Positions 43,085 to 44,797 of a stretch of 44,797 nucleotides of DNA are shown here, piece by piece. The DNA comes from a virus. Lineage: Duplodnaviria > Heunggongvirae > Uroviricota > Caudoviricetes. Location: the IMG/VR virus record IMGVR_UViG_2568526230_000010; one strand, given 5' to 3'. The notes under the pieces are model-generated. The model was given only the letters and a program-made list of their open reading frames with translations. It was not told the DNA's origin and made no database searches. The first letter of the stretch is position 1. Every line of letters starts with the position of its first letter. The translations under genes were made by a program, and so were the position numbers.

Positions 43085-44797
43085 TCAATTCCCTGTTAAT
43101 TGCAAAACTTGCTCTTCCAGCTTTTTAACCCTGCGTCTCATCATCGCAGATTCCAGAATCAGAGCCTCTTCATAACGGATACCGTAACATTCACCAGCCT
43201 CGACGGCTTCGCGTACCAGAACCTTTGTCTGTATAAGTGGGTAAACTCCTGCAGAATGCTCTTCTTCCGTCACATCCCTGTATTCTGCCGGGGTCTCATT
43301 CCACTTGTCATAACAGATAAATGCCAGTCGTGACACATCTATGCCTTCATTCTGAAATACACTGATAACATGCTGCGCAACTGCACCAAAGTGCCATCTT
43401 GCTCCGTCTTTACCTTTCACTTCGATCCTGTCAAGGTACTGGTATGAAACCCATTCCACTCTTTCCCATGCGTCCAGTATTTTCTCATCAATAACCTCTG
43501 GAGCAGTCTTGAAACGCGCATCGGACAGCACCGTAAACGCTGACTGGGTAAATCCCCCCGACCATGCACGACCAGCCAACCCAAGAGAATAAGTATTCGT
43601 TGTCGATGGTGTCATGGCTGAATCAGAAAACTGTATATATTCTGAATTTCCAGTAGATATTCGAATATTTCCATTTATTAGCGACATAGTGCCTTTAGTA
43701 TTATCACTATTGAATAATTTCAATTGCGAACTTATACCGCCTCCCACAGCCAGAGATACATCGCCTTCAGCAAGCATTCTGAATTTATCTGCAGAAACAA
43801 GCGTCTGGTTAGCAAGGTTAAAATATTTAACCCACCATTCAAAACGCCCTGACATAGTCCCAACGTACTGACCAAGCGCAGGGACGTGAACAACATTGCT
43901 ATTTGTAGTGCCGTCTATACTGGAAATACCAGTCACCGCTGATGCAGAACTCAGAATATTATTTCTGTCACCAGGATGTTTAATTTCAACAAAGTTCCTG
44001 ATACACCCTTCCTCGAAGGTAACCACGCCGGAAGAACTATACATGGGGAATATTGACGCATAATTACTGCGTGCAGCATCTAAGAAACGAATGGTTGTAG
44101 ATGTCTGCAGATCTCCTGATTCATTTTTCCCATCACACCCAGTCATTAGAATATTACTGGCAATATTATTATTTCCCTGAACGGTGACGCCGTGCGCCTG
44201 CTTTGCGTCCGATTCAGAGTAATCAACCAGCACATCCGAAATCAGGTTACCAGTCCCCTTGCCAACAACTACTGCGGCGTATTTTGGGTTGTTAGCCATT
44301 ACACTGCTAATGATATTATTCGTTGGGGCAGTTTCCGTCTCAGTTCCATTGTAAACAACGTGCTGACACTCTTCACCAATAACATTGCTGACAATGTTAT
44401 ATTTTGCTGCTGTTTTAAGTTCCACTGCACCAAACTGAGGATAATTTCTGGCTATCACACCATCAATTAGCGTATTTTGCGATGAATCAAAAAGCACACA
44501 ACCTGCTTTTTTATTATTTGCGAACCCTAAATACTCTCCTCTTATATCTCTAACAATGTAACCTGACGGAATACCATTATTCGGATAAGCGATCAAGCTA
44601 AATCCTGTTCCTCGCGTATTTGTAAATCTGATATTTTTAACCGATACATCATGGCCACCTGAAAATGACACCTGGTGTCCCTGCACACTATCATCTGATT
44701 TATTTCCCATAATTGTTAGCGTACTAAGCATGCCACCATCGGGCATGTTAAAAACCAGATGATTACCATCTCTGTCATACTGTTTTATCGTTCCCCC
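43085..44797 (-). CDS. Tailspike (copy 2), partial: N-terminal part lies beyond the window end
   Basis: Identical to the C-terminal 570 codons of 3159..5621; the reading frame stays open to the last base of the window. Confidence 0.75.
   Translation of the reverse strand, partial: GGTIKQYDRDGNHLVFNMPDGGMLSTLTIMGNKSDDSVQGHQVSFSGGHDVSVKNIRFTNTRGTGFSLIAYPNNGIPSGYIVRDIRGEYLGFANNKKAGCVLFDSSQNTLIDGVIARNYPQFGAVELKTAAKYNIVSNVIGEECQHVVYNGTETETAPTNNIISSVMANNPKYAAVVVGKGTGNLISDVLVDYSESDAKQAHGVTVQGNNNIASNILMTGCDGKNESGDLQTSTTIRFLDAARSNYASIFPMYSSSGVVTFEEGCIRNFVEIKHPGDRNNILSSASAVTGISSIDGTTNSNVVHVPALGQYVGTMSGRFEWWVKYFNLANQTLVSADKFRMLAEGDVSLAVGGGISSQLKLFNSDNTKGTMSLINGNIRISTGNSEYIQFSDSAMTPSTTNTYSLGLAGRAWSGGFTQSAFTVLSDARFKTAPEVIDEKILDAWERVEWVSYQYLDRIEVKGKDGARWHFGAVAQHVISVFQNEGIDVSRLAFICYDKWNETPAEYRDVTEEEHSAGVYPLIQTKVLVREAVEAGECYGIRYEEALILESAMMRRRVKKLEEQVLQLTGN

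Larger units (their letters stand above)
41088..44797. repeat. Copy 2 of the direct repeat (start of second prophage unit), truncated by the window end
   Basis: Identical to 1162..4871; encodes the same lysis cassette and tailspike C-terminal part. Confidence 0.9.

Noticed and set aside
1-44797. CRISPR array or other short regular repeat-spacer structure
   Set aside because: No tandemly spaced short direct repeats were seen; the only large repeat is the 39,926-bp prophage periodicity.

Overview
The window holds about 1.1 kb of host chromosome followed by one complete temperate prophage unit (1162..41087, 39,926 bp) and the first 3.7 kb of a second identical copy (41088..44797). The host flank carries two exported-protein genes and a bidirectional terminator. 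The prophage has an epsilon15-like podovirus layout: TerS/TerL, T7-type portal, scaffold, HK97-like capsid, a tightly coupled block of large internal/ejection proteins (one with a lytic transglycosylase domain), a tailspike with C-terminal chaperone domain, and a holin/GH19 endolysin/Rz-Rz1 cassette. The early region has a divergent Cro-like/dual-HTH repressor switch, lambda-like O/P replication genes, a nin-like block, an exonuclease/annealase pair, AlpA, an MT-A70 methyltransferase and a P4-type tyrosine integrase. The accessory island between the tailspike and the end of the late operon (5.7-9.3 kb) is the most interesting part: a consensus LexA box in front of a small gene, a compact tRNA-like structured RNA, an ORF6N antirepressor-like gene, a YafO-family toxin with a non-canonical upstream partner, and two exported proteins. 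A 15-bp palindrome TTACCT-N3-AGGTAA recurs at 13 intergenic sites and looks like the operator set of the prophage repressor. All calls rest on reading the sequence and the ORF track; no database search was run, and family assignments are from remembered motifs.
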